This document shows, piece by piece, positions 19,601 to 27,869 of a stretch of DNA of 64,000 nt. Source of the DNA: Planctomycetota bacterium (GTDB lineage Bacteria > Planctomycetota > Planctomycetia > Pirellulales > UBA1268); NCBI GenBank assembly GCA_003669585.1, contig QWOQ01000014.1:21069-85068 (forward strand), read 5' to 3'. The position numbers and the translations under genes are program-made. Numbering within the stretch: the first letter of the stretch is position 1; each line of letters starts with the position of its first letter. The notes beneath the pieces are model-generated. The model was given only the letters and a program-made list of their open reading frames with translations, made no database searches and was not told where the DNA came from.

Positions 19601-20275
19601 CGTATCGCCTACGATGAATTAAAAGAACACTATCGTCGTGAACTTTCGGGGCGAATTGGAAAACTCGGCATCGGTCGGTCGAAGATCGCGGTGCTCGAGG
19701 CACTCTTGCGATTGCGACAAACAGCATGCCATCAAGGACTTGTCGATCCTGCCCGACTCGATGAGCCTTGTGCCAAGCTCGAAACGTTAATCGAACAACT
19801 CGATGAAGTTATTCTCGAAGGTCATAAGGTTTTAGTGTTTAGTCAGTTCACGAGTTTTCTTGCAATTTTGCGCAGGCTTCTCGAAGCCCGAGGCATGCCT
19901 TATGAATATCTCGACGGAAAAACAACCGATCGACAATCCCGCGTCGAACACTTTCAGGACGACCCTGAGTGCAAACTCTTTTTAGTGAGCTTGAAGGCGG
20001 GCGGACAAGGGCTCAATCTCACCGCGGCTGACTATATTTACATTCTCGACCCGTGGTGGAATCCTGCTGTAGAAGCCCAGGCCGTTGATCGCGCACACCG
20101 CATTGGACAGACGCGAAAAGTCTTTGCGTACCGATTGATCGCACGCGATACGGTGGAAGAAAAAATTCTCGCATTGCAGGATCGTAAGCGGGATCTTGCC
20201 GATTCGATTGTAAGAGCCGACGAAAGTGTGATTTCAAGCCTCACGGCGGAAGACGTTGAACTACTCTTTTCATAG
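16634..20275 (+). CDS. SNF2-family helicase with N-terminal SWIM zinc finger
   Basis: 1213-aa ORF. The start is uncertain; the next in-frame Met is at 16862. SWIM motif CSCSVGQQGRPCEH at 17063-17104. SNF2 motifs LADDMGLGKTVQ, VLDEAQAIKN, TGTPVENH; helicase C motifs SLKAGGQGLNLT..DPWWNPAVEAQAVDRAHRIGQ. Confidence 0.85.
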   Translation: MDFVRIHHAACLSHGVTLLSECLPNTSFVGINGENERVTRPKQTPDGRMSRCARGRFAEAVIVRLHDCAHLRRHRSMLLVNRLLSRITSQELTAARKAAEGLRVQAPRVGLVRATLDDAKGERLTLSFELSANRTGGMVIESRCSCSVGQQGRPCEHLVVVLLEIENRGLFSSIREQTPVILKSIPAETVDDDAAEESNPSGISPTRAAVVRQPPWANELEERRRLVEPAVRINHMRVTDARRGAGMLVFLIDLVGSTESNCAIVKPCRMQLDVVGNVCGRPRPITLGEIDGEPLDSTERILISRLLGALGCGDDGAVRRGDAGRITRIAITPASAGIHLSHLCETGRLFLQPDPRRSPEVVMPLAWDNGRAWRFALVLDPDDVPSASDDDEDVLPPRPAKARLRGMLVRGSQRMGLDQPKAVLRSGLVIFADRIALLESDESSAWLDQFERRGPIELASSHVDGLIERLAGMCDMPRIELPAWTGWKIESAAPIPRLVLDDGLPVNSEELDDELPSRTGRRRKKATKTQLAGHVWFDYGGLRIAAHDPSGGAVDQVRHLLVRRNRIAERSALSVLAACGAVTPKEDGEPSTHHVEFARNRLDSAAPQMASEGWEVEVSGKRYRPAGTFSWHVASGIDWFELSGSFNFDGIEVGMPSLLEAIERGDSSVQLPDGSLGILPADWARQMAPMIELAQRSDGKLRYGRIQVALLDALLAGQPRTEVDEAFEKIREELSRGEQPDAIEEPEGFKGTLRHYQREGLGWLAFLESLGVGGCLADDMGLGKTVQVLALLVRRQTVMREQGVPHRPSMVVVPKSLIFNWMQEAAKFTPSLRVHNHTGQTRAEGTQSLADTDLILTTYGTLRRDALQHREFEFDYVVLDEAQAIKNATSQAAKACRLLRARHRLAVTGTPVENHIGELWSIFEFLNPGQLGSSGRLKRFLMGGRGGSASGVVARAVRPYLLRRTKSQVLTDLPEKTEQTLFCELTGPQRIAYDELKEHYRRELSGRIGKLGIGRSKIAVLEALLRLRQTACHQGLVDPARLDEPCAKLETLIEQLDEVILEGHKVLVFSQFTSFLAILRRLLEARGMPYEYLDGKTTDRQSRVEHFQDDPECKLFLVSLKAGGQGLNLTAADYIYILDPWWNPAVEAQAVDRAHRIGQTRKVFAYRLIARDTVEEKILALQDRKRDLADSIVRADESVISSLTAEDVELLFS

Positions 20276-20649
20276 ATGGCACCGCTTTTGAAGGTTCCGC
20301 AGGATTGAATTCGAGGGTGAACGCCCTTGACTCCCTCGTGTTCCTCACGAAATCCTCACACTTCCTGCGATACGTCATTCATCGAGTAGGATTCTAGGAA
20401 GCTGGAATCGAAAACTTTATTTGTATGAGGTGACTCATGGCCGTTGTGCTGTCGCGACCCCATCCGCTCGATACCTCGCCGCTTCTGACGATCGTTCATG
20501 CCGCATCGTCTTTGGCGTCGACTTCTTTTCCTGTCACTGCGACTTCCCACGTCAAACATACTTTCAAAAATAAGATCGATTCGAACTTGTCTGCTGCGAA
20601 TACCACTGAACAGTTCAGAAATTTGAAGAGCTCTCACGAAGGAAAACAG

Positions 20650-21357
20650 ATGACGGATCCTTCCATCGGATTGAATACCCACATTCTCGTCGTTGATGAC
20701 GAAGAAGATCTGCTCGAACTGGTTCGCTACAACCTCGTCAAGGATGGCTATCGCGTATCCTGCGTTGCCACGGGTGAGGAGGCTCTCGCATTTGTTCGTC
20801 GGCAGCCACCAGATCTGCTTGTTCTCGATTTGCTTCTTCCGAGCGTCGACGGACTCGAAGTCTGTAGACGATTGAAAGGGGATTCAAAAACTCGCGACAT
20901 CCCAATTGTCATGCTCACAGCAAAAAGCGAGGAGAGCGACATGGTGGCAGGGCTTGAACGTGGCGCAGACGATTACATAGCAAAACCATTTAGTCCCAGA
21001 GTTTTGTCGGCCCGTATTCGGGCACTTTTGCGACGCAAACAGTCTCAACGGACAAGTGAACAAGAAACCACGATCGACATTCATGAATTATCGATTCATC
21101 CTGGGCGGCACGAAGCGACACTCGCTGGAAATCAAATCGAACTGACCTATACCGAGTTTGCGCTCCTGCATTTTCTCGCAAAACGTCCCGGATGGGCGTT
21201 TACTCGGACCCAGATTGTCGACGCCGTGAAGGGAGAAGATTATCCTGTTACAGATCGTTCAGTTGACGTACAGGTCGCTGGCCTGCGTAAAAAATTGGGC
21301 GATTGTGGCTCGTATATAGAAACCGTCCGGGGACTGGGATATCGGTTCCGGGCTTAA
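20650..21357 (+). CDS. Response regulator, OmpR/PhoB family (receiver plus winged helix)
   Basis: The ORF is open from 20437. ATG at 20650 follows AAGGAAAAC and gives MTDPSIGLNTHILVVDDEEDLL. Also LLVLDLLLP, and the C-terminal end VRGLGYRF. Confidence 0.9.
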   Translation: MTDPSIGLNTHILVVDDEEDLLELVRYNLVKDGYRVSCVATGEEALAFVRRQPPDLLVLDLLLPSVDGLEVCRRLKGDSKTRDIPIVMLTAKSEESDMVAGLERGADDYIAKPFSPRVLSARIRALLRRKQSQRTSEQETTIDIHELSIHPGRHEATLAGNQIELTYTEFALLHFLAKRPGWAFTRTQIVDAVKGEDYPVTDRSVDVQVAGLRKKLGDCGSYIETVRGLGYRFRA

Positions 21358-21372
21358 CGGGATCGTCCATCC

Positions 21373-23178
21373 ATGCCCAGAACGCGACTCGTGTGGCATC
21401 TCTTTGCTGGCTGGTGTGCCCTTGTGCTTGCTGTGTGTGCAGCGTGTTACTGGCTCGCCAGTGTTGAAGTGGCGAAGATCGCCAGCCAATCTGAGTTTCT
21501 CAGACTGCGAGAAGTGGCTCGCTCTCTTGAGCGCGTGGGCACAGCCGAAGGAAAGCCATTGGACCGTAAAAGGCTCGTGGAGCACGCGAGCGAACTCGAA
21601 GCATCGACCGTCGGTCTTCGCGTCGAACTGTTTGAACCAGACCGACAAGTGATGACTGCCGATGGCCCCTCTTCTGCCATAGACCCCGCGTTCTCTGAGG
21701 CCGATGAAACTCTTTTGGAAGAGTCCTTGCAAGGAGAGGTTTTCACATCAAGTCGGTACGACGCAGGAACAGGGCAACGAACGCAGGTTGTTGCGGTTCC
21801 GTTTGGAACACATCCAAACGTGCGGGGACTCATACGTCTCACAAGCGATTCACGCCAGATCGATCAATCGCTCAGCCAGTCTCATCGAAGAATGCTACTA
21901 GGATTCTTTGTTGTCTCGATCGCAGCAATTATTGGGGGCTATGTGCTTTCGCGTCGCGCAAGTCGACCGGTTGAGGAGTTGGCCTCTGCGGTGCAACGTC
22001 TGGCTGCAGGATCTCCGGATGAACTGATTCCGTCGGCAGAAATTTTGGAACTTTCTGAATTGTCTGACGCCATCGAAGTCATCCAAGGACAACTCAAGGA
22101 ACGCGGATTGGTGATTGGCCGACAAGGCACTCAGCAAGAGGCTGTTCTTGCAAGCATGATTGAAGGCGTGCTTGCGGTTGATTCACACCAGCGAATTCTT
22201 TTTTTGAATCGTGCAGCTGCGGAACTTCTTTTACTTGAACCACTTTTTGTCCTTCGAAAGCCGATGCAGGAGGCAGTTCGAAATCCCGATTTACGCCGTT
22301 TTGTGTTGCGTTCTATCGACTGCAAAGATCCTATTGAGGACGACATGATTCTACGAGGTGATCATGATCGAACGATTCGTTTGCGTGGAACGGCGTTGCG
22401 AGATTCGCGAGGAGGTGCCACAGGTGCCGTTATTGTGCTCAATGATGTCACGCACTTCCGACGCCTTGAAAACATGCGCAGCGACTTTGTCTCCAACGTG
22501 TCGCACGAACTGAAAACACCGGTTGCTTCGATCAAAGGATTCGTGGAGACGCTTCAAGATGGGGCGATAAACAACCCCGAAGATGCCCAACGATTTCTCA
22601 CGATTGTTGCCAAGCAGGCAGATCGCCTCGAATCCATTATTGAAGACTTGCTTGCGCTTTCGCGTATCGAACAGACCGAAGGCGCTCGTGACTTGCCACT
22701 TGAAACGACACGCTTGGTTGATCTGTTTGAAGCGGTTCAAGCCGATTGTGACCCTCGGGCAATCGATCGTTCGATTGTGCTTGAGTTTCGGTGTGAGAGT
22801 GAGATGACCGCGAACATCAATCCACCACTTCTCGAACAGGCGGTCATTAATCTCGTAGACAATGCTATTAAGTACAGTGACACCGGACGAAAAGTATTTG
22901 TCTCAGCAGACCGAGTCGGACATGACGTTGTCATTCGGGTTCAGGATGAGGGTTGCGGTATTGAACAGAGTCATCTCCCGCGTCTTTTTGAACGTTTTTA
23001 TCGGGTTGATAAGGCGCGTAGTCGAACGCTCGGAGGAACCGGGTTGGGCTTGTCGATTGTGAAGCACATCGTGCAGGCCCACGGAGGACGCGTGGGTGTC
23101 GAAAGCCAATCTCGCATCGGGAGTACCTTCAGCATCTATCTTCCCTCGGCGCGTCGGTTCTCACCGAAGATGGACTGA
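21373..23178 (+). CDS. Sensor histidine kinase (TM-HAMP-PAS-HisKA-HATPase), PhoR-like architecture
   Basis: 601 aa. H-box DFVSNVSHELKTP, N-box VDNAIKYS, G-boxes QDEGCGI and GGTGLGLSIV. Two TM segments flank a ~150-aa periplasmic region. Confidence 0.9.
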   Translation: MPRTRLVWHLFAGWCALVLAVCAACYWLASVEVAKIASQSEFLRLREVARSLERVGTAEGKPLDRKRLVEHASELEASTVGLRVELFEPDRQVMTADGPSSAIDPAFSEADETLLEESLQGEVFTSSRYDAGTGQRTQVVAVPFGTHPNVRGLIRLTSDSRQIDQSLSQSHRRMLLGFFVVSIAAIIGGYVLSRRASRPVEELASAVQRLAAGSPDELIPSAEILELSELSDAIEVIQGQLKERGLVIGRQGTQQEAVLASMIEGVLAVDSHQRILFLNRAAAELLLLEPLFVLRKPMQEAVRNPDLRRFVLRSIDCKDPIEDDMILRGDHDRTIRLRGTALRDSRGGATGAVIVLNDVTHFRRLENMRSDFVSNVSHELKTPVASIKGFVETLQDGAINNPEDAQRFLTIVAKQADRLESIIEDLLALSRIEQTEGARDLPLETTRLVDLFEAVQADCDPRAIDRSIVLEFRCESEMTANINPPLLEQAVINLVDNAIKYSDTGRKVFVSADRVGHDVVIRVQDEGCGIEQSHLPRLFERFYRVDKARSRTLGGTGLGLSIVKHIVQAHGGRVGVESQSRIGSTFSIYLPSARRFSPKMD

Positions 23179-23960
23179 CCTCCGTCCACAGGTAGGCATG
23201 CACCGGTGATAAAAGTATTTTCCAAAAAGAAAAGTACTGCATGGGCTACACACTCTCGACGGTCTTCCTGGTTGGCAGGCGTTTTTGAAATCAATTCCTC
23301 TTGTGATTCTTTGGAGAGATCGTCAGAGGGCATAAACCCTCCAGGAAGAATACAATTGACCCGTACTCGCGGATTGCGAGCGGCGAATTCAACGGCGAGG
23401 GATCTGGTCATCGCGGGAATCGCGCCTTTGCTCGAAAAGTAGGCGACATGGTTCTGAGCAGGATGTTCATCTGCCGAGTCGCCAAAAGTCACGATTGAAC
23501 CGCCCGTTTCTTGTCGCACCATCACCGCTCCAGCCTCTTGGGCGACAAGAAATGTCCCAACGGTGTTGACATCAAAATGCTGCCGAAGGTCATCGGCAGT
23601 GACAGATTCAATGGCACAGGGAATCCTGATACGCGCACAGTTGACGACCGCATCGATTCTGCCAAAGTGATCTTCAACTCGATGTACCATTGCCCGTACC
23701 GGGCCTTCGTCCCGCATGCTTGCGGTAACGGCAAGACTTTTGACGCCCACGGATTCGAGTCTCGCCGCCAAAGTACGTGCTTCGGGAAGTGAATTGTTGG
23801 CGTGAATGGCAATCGAGTATCCCTTTGATGCCAGTGCCTGCACGACAACTGCCCCCATGCGACTCGCTCCGCCGGTGACGAGGGCAACGCGATCAGTGGG
23901 CATCGTATTATTCAGATGGAAGCTCAGTGGATCGAACGGTTCTGGTTGGATCGGGTTCAT
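23136..23960 (-). CDS. Short-chain dehydrogenase/reductase (SDR)
   Basis: 274 aa. ALVTGGASRMG (TGxxxxxG), NCAR, and the YFSSK catalytic YxxxK. An alternative start at 23903 is possible. The 3' end overlaps the convergent kinase gene by 43 nt. Confidence 0.85.
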   Translation of the reverse strand: MNPIQPEPFDPLSFHLNNTMPTDRVALVTGGASRMGAVVVQALASKGYSIAIHANNSLPEARTLAARLESVGVKSLAVTASMRDEGPVRAMVHRVEDHFGRIDAVVNCARIRIPCAIESVTADDLRQHFDVNTVGTFLVAQEAGAVMVRQETGGSIVTFGDSADEHPAQNHVAYFSSKGAIPAMTRSLAVEFAARNPRVRVNCILPGGFMPSDDLSKESQEELISKTPANQEDRRECVAHAVLFFLENTFITGACLPVDGGQSIFGENRRAEGR

Positions 23961-24002
23961 AAACGAGCCGGCTCGTTGACGTTGTCGTAAACGGTCATTC
24001 TC

Positions 24003-24968
24003 TTAGCACGAGCCGGCGTCATGATAATCGATGATGTGCTGCCACGCTTCTTGGGGAGAGTCGGCCCACGAAAAAAGATCGAGGTGCTCATCATCGACGA
24101 TACCTTGGTCGGCAAGTTTTTGAAAATTAATGACCGAATTCCAATACTCGCGTCCATAAAGCACAATTGGCACCGACTGCATTCGATGGGTCTGTCTCAG
24201 CGTAAGGGTTTCAAACATCTCGTCGAGAGTCCCATACCCACCTGGAAAAAGAACTACTCCAGCGGCTCGCAGAATAAAATGAAATTTTCTTATCGCAAAA
24301 TAGCGAAACTGAAAGCAGAGCTCCGGCGTAATGAAAGGATTTGGATTTTGCTCGTTCGGCAGCTTGATATTTAATCCGATGGACTTGCATCCCACGTCGA
24401 AGGCACCACGGTTTGCAGCCTCCATGATCCCCGGTCCGCCTCCTGTCACAATCACAAAAGAACGCTTTGTCTCACACTGATGATCGATCGAAACGAGCCG
24501 CGCAAACTCGCGGGCCTCGTCATAGTAATGACTGAGATGCACTAGTTGATTGCTTCGCGCCAATTCGCGATTCCGCTTTTTGTCCTCGGGTGCTTCCGCA
24601 AGAGATCGTTTTGCTGCAGCGAGCCTTCGCTCAGCAGCCATTGGTTCAACAATCTGTGTACTGCCAAAAACAATCACCGTGGAAGCAATCGAATTGGCCT
24701 GGAAAGCTACTTCCGGTTTCTCGAGTTCCAGAAGCATTCTCACGCCGCGAACATCATCGCTTTCGAGAAAAGCTTTGTCCTCTTGAGCAAGAATGGAACT
24801 GGAAGAATTTAAAATAGCGTCCATGTTGGATGCCACCAGTGCTGCATCATTGCCGAGAACCGTGTCAGGAAGAATGCTGCATTGCTTTGAAAGTGATAGT
24901 TTCAAACGTTGAGCGTCTTGAAGCGAGTCAGCATTTGAGGTGTCCTTAGACTTTGAATCTTTTGTCAT
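24003..24968 (-). CDS. LOG/TIGR00730-family nucleotide 5'-monophosphate nucleosidase-like protein (PpnN-like core)
   Basis: The ORF is open to 25097. ATG at 24968-24966 (MTKDSKSKD) overlaps the upstream TGA (24967-24965) as ATGA. Motifs IVTGGGPGIMEAANRGA and FPGGYGTLDEMFE. Confidence 0.8.
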   Translation of the reverse strand: MTKDSKSKDTSNADSLQDAQRLKLSLSKQCSILPDTVLGNDAALVASNMDAILNSSSSILAQEDKAFLESDDVRGVRMLLELEKPEVAFQANSIASTVIVFGSTQIVEPMAAERRLAAAKRSLAEAPEDKKRNRELARSNQLVHLSHYYDEAREFARLVSIDHQCETKRSFVIVTGGGPGIMEAANRGAFDVGCKSIGLNIKLPNEQNPNPFITPELCFQFRYFAIRKFHFILRAAGVVLFPGGYGTLDEMFETLTLRQTHRMQSVPIVLYGREYWNSVINFQKLADQGIVDDEHLDLFSWADSPQEAWQHIIDYHDAGSC

Positions 24969-26365
24969 CGCTCTGCTCTCTCCAAATGCACGGTTTGGCC
25001 AATCGTTGGAATCATAGTTTTCCATCCAAATGAGCTGCGGATCTGCTCCGCCATTCCAGACGCAGCCTGCGGTTCTCCATGCACGAGAAACGTACACTCA
25101 GGGGCCGGAAGACCGGAAAGCCATCGTACAAGTTCTCGTCGATCGGCATGGCCGGAAAGTGCTTCGATTCTTCGCACTGCTGCCTTTACCGGAATATCAC
25201 GTCCGTGAATTCTCAGAAATTCGGCGCCATCGAGCAGGGCCCGACCGCGAGTGCCAGCGGCCTGAAACCCGGCGACGAGAACTGTGGTTCGACTGTCTGG
25301 AAGACGTCTTTTCAAGTGATGCAAAATACGACCACCATTCATCATACCGCTCGATGCAATGATAATTCCAGGACCGTTGGCATCGTTGATAGCCTTTGAT
25401 TCTTCAGAGGTTTTCGCCAAATGCACGCTCAGTGTTGCAAGGCTTTCGTCCACTCCAGCGAGCTTGGCTTCGGAAAGATCTTGTTCTGCCAGATGTTTGT
25501 GAAAGATATTCGTTGCCACAACAGCCATTGGACTGTCGACCCAGATCGGAATCTGTGGAAGTCGTCCAGATGCCATGAGAATGCGCAGCAGATACACCAA
25601 CTGCTGACAGCGACCCACTGCAAACGATGCCACAAGCATCATGCCGCCCCGTTCGATCGCTTCGCGAGTCGCAGTTTCTAGTTCATGGAGCGGATCGATA
25701 TCTGAATGATCTCGGTCGCCGTAAGTGCTTTCACACACCAGCCAGTCGCACGCAAAAGCCTTGACGGGATCGTTATACAGTGGTGCATTGTAACGACCGA
25801 CATCGGCTGAAAATAGAATCTTGGTTGGTGTTCCATGATGTGTCGCGGCTTCCACCTCAACAAATGAACTGCCAAGCATGTGCCCGGCATCATGAAATCG
25901 GCATCGGACTCCAAGCGCTGGCTCAAACCATGTTTCTCGATCAACGACTCTGACAAGTCGCAGTGTGTGTTCAACATCCTGCTCTTCGTAGAGCGGTTGC
26001 GCTGGATGATGCTTCGAATAGCCTTTTCGATTTGCGTAGAGAGCATCCTCAGCCTGGCACTTGGCCGAGTCGAAAAGCATCAATCCCAAAAGGTCGGCGG
26101 TGGCTCGAGAAGTATGAATAGGACCTGTAAAACCCTGTTTGACAAGACGCGGCAACCAGCCGGAGTGATCGATATGAGCATGTGTGAGAACGACGGATTG
26201 AAGAGAATCTGGAGGAACTTGGAGCGACTTCCAGTTTCGTTCGCGCAATGATTTTGTACCTTGAAAAAGTCCACAGTCGAAGAGGACGCGTTTGTCGTCT
26301 ACGTCCAAAAGATGACGCGATCCGGAGACCATGCCCGCAGCACCCAGAAATGTAAGCGTGATCAT
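24965..26365 (-). CDS. MBL-fold beta-CASP hydrolase (RNA-metabolising metallo-beta-lactamase family)
   Basis: 466 aa. LTHAHIDHSG (HxHxDH), a beta-CASP-like middle region, and C-terminal LSGHADRREL and FLVHGEP. Confidence 0.85.
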   Translation of the reverse strand: MITLTFLGAAGMVSGSRHLLDVDDKRVLFDCGLFQGTKSLRERNWKSLQVPPDSLQSVVLTHAHIDHSGWLPRLVKQGFTGPIHTSRATADLLGLMLFDSAKCQAEDALYANRKGYSKHHPAQPLYEEQDVEHTLRLVRVVDRETWFEPALGVRCRFHDAGHMLGSSFVEVEAATHHGTPTKILFSADVGRYNAPLYNDPVKAFACDWLVCESTYGDRDHSDIDPLHELETATREAIERGGMMLVASFAVGRCQQLVYLLRILMASGRLPQIPIWVDSPMAVVATNIFHKHLAEQDLSEAKLAGVDESLATLSVHLAKTSEESKAINDANGPGIIIASSGMMNGGRILHHLKRRLPDSRTTVLVAGFQAAGTRGRALLDGAEFLRIHGRDIPVKAAVRRIEALSGHADRRELVRWLSGLPAPECTFLVHGEPQAASGMAEQIRSSFGWKTMIPTIGQTVHLERAER

Positions 26366-26423
26366 GGCCTGTCCTTGGAACCAGTGTTGTGCGTCTTTGA
26401 ATAAAGTGATGGATCATCGGAGA

Positions 26424-27140
26424 TCATGTCGTATTCCCTTCAAAAAGAATCTCTCCAGTATCAATGTGCAGAGATTCCACATGAATCACCAAATCTTTTC
26501 CGGTCCGGCCCGACGGCAGACGAACGAAAAGCACAATCGTCCCATCCATATTTCGAGCCTCGCAGACCATGCCGACTTTTGTGAGACTTTCCTCAATCCA
26601 CTTCGAAGCCGCACCTCGCGGCATGGGGAACGCGCCGATTCGTGCCGATTCAACCTGAATTCGCATCTGATCAACCTGAATGAGTTCAACGCGCACATTC
26701 ATGCTGACCACACTCGAGAACGGACCAGCTCCTACGGTACACCCAAGGGCGATATGTCTCTTTTCAAATTTCACACGCGGACGCGAGAGGCCTTTCGGCA
26801 AGAGCAACCGATGATTTTTTTCAAGGTCGATCGCCAGCCAGGCGTTAGCCTCATCGTCAAGAATCACTGCTTCCCATGTGCCTGTACGTTCGACGGCAGC
26901 TCGCAGCCCAGCTACTTTTGTGAGAAACCGTCTACTCTGCTCATCGGTAAATCCGCTTTTTTCTGACACTCGCTCCCGATAAAAGTCGGGTTTCTGCAGA
27001 AGAAAGACCATCATGAGCCCCAGCAGACACATTGCCCCCACACAAAAAATCAGGAGCCTTGCGAATATGCCAGACGAAGCACTTGGTGGCCCGACTTGCT
27101 GATCATTGAGTGGGCTTGTCACCGAAGGAATCATGAACAC
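26424..27140 (-). CDS. Hypothetical membrane-anchored protein
   Basis: 238 aa. A single N-terminal TM (LLIFCVGAMCLLGLMMVFLL) is followed by a soluble domain with no recognised motif. It sits 35 nt downstream of csrA and 58 nt upstream of the MBL gene. Confidence 0.55.
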   Translation of the reverse strand: MFMIPSVTSPLNDQQVGPPSASSGIFARLLIFCVGAMCLLGLMMVFLLQKPDFYRERVSEKSGFTDEQSRRFLTKVAGLRAAVERTGTWEAVILDDEANAWLAIDLEKNHRLLLPKGLSRPRVKFEKRHIALGCTVGAGPFSSVVSMNVRVELIQVDQMRIQVESARIGAFPMPRGAASKWIEESLTKVGMVCEARNMDGTIVLFVRLPSGRTGKDLVIHVESLHIDTGEILFEGNTT

Positions 27141-27175
27141 GGGAGCAATTCCTCTTGAAAGACCTACACAGATGT

Positions 27176-27373
27176 CTAGCCGACAAATCGACCATACTGC
27201 GGCAGGGGTAGATCAATCGAGTTCTCTTCGTTCAATTCATCTCGCAGAACTCTTATATGTGGGGGTGCTTCAATCCCAATGCGTACTTTATCTCCGCTCA
27301 CTCGTACAATCGTGACCACCACAGAATCGCCGACGCGAATTCGTTCGCTCTGTTTCCGAGAAAGGACGAGCAT
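27176..27373 (-). CDS. csrA: Carbon storage regulator CsrA
   Basis: The ORF is open to 27613, but the CsrA sequence MLVLSRKQSERIRVGDSVVVTIVRVSGDKVRIGIEAPPHIRVLRDEL starts at ATG 27373. It is preceded on the minus strand by GGGAGACCCTCT (Shine-Dalgarno-like). Confidence 0.85.
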   Translation of the reverse strand: MLVLSRKQSERIRVGDSVVVTIVRVSGDKVRIGIEAPPHIRVLRDELNEENSIDLPLPQYGRFVG

Positions 27374-27869
27374 AGAGGGTCTCCCTAGAAAAAAATGGAT
27401 TTGAAGGAATGTAGAAGCTACCTGAACATATGTCAACCTGTCTTGAAAACAGGAGTTGGCTGTATTCAAGAAATGTTTTGCAAGCTCGCTTGTCATCCGA
27501 TCGATCCTTGGCGAGAATGAGTGTCTCACTGGAGTCGATCGACATGCACGATTAGGGAACTTGCACGCTCCAGGGTAGATCGTCGTATCAGGGAGACTTT
27601 CTTGCCTATGCATTTGAGAAGGAGAGCCGCACGTGTTATTCCGAACGCTCTACTCATGCCGATTTCAACTGAATCGACAGTCAAGGGGCATCTGCACATT
27701 GAAATTCATGAACACCACCCGCATGCGTCGGGGGGATCTTCTTGGCGTGCAATGGATTGTTTTCCGACAATCCTTATCTGAAAAATCTCTGCATACGATC
27801 AGCGCATCGGTTTCAGAAAAAAAAAGACTTATCCCTGTCGGACTGCAGAGAGCTTTCACGCAAGGAGTG

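Noticed and set aside
27374-27613. 80-aa N-terminal extension of csrA (145-aa ORF)
   Set aside because: CsrA proteins are about 60-70 aa and begin MLVLSRK. The internal ATG has a GGGAGA ribosome-binding site. The extension has no protein-like features.
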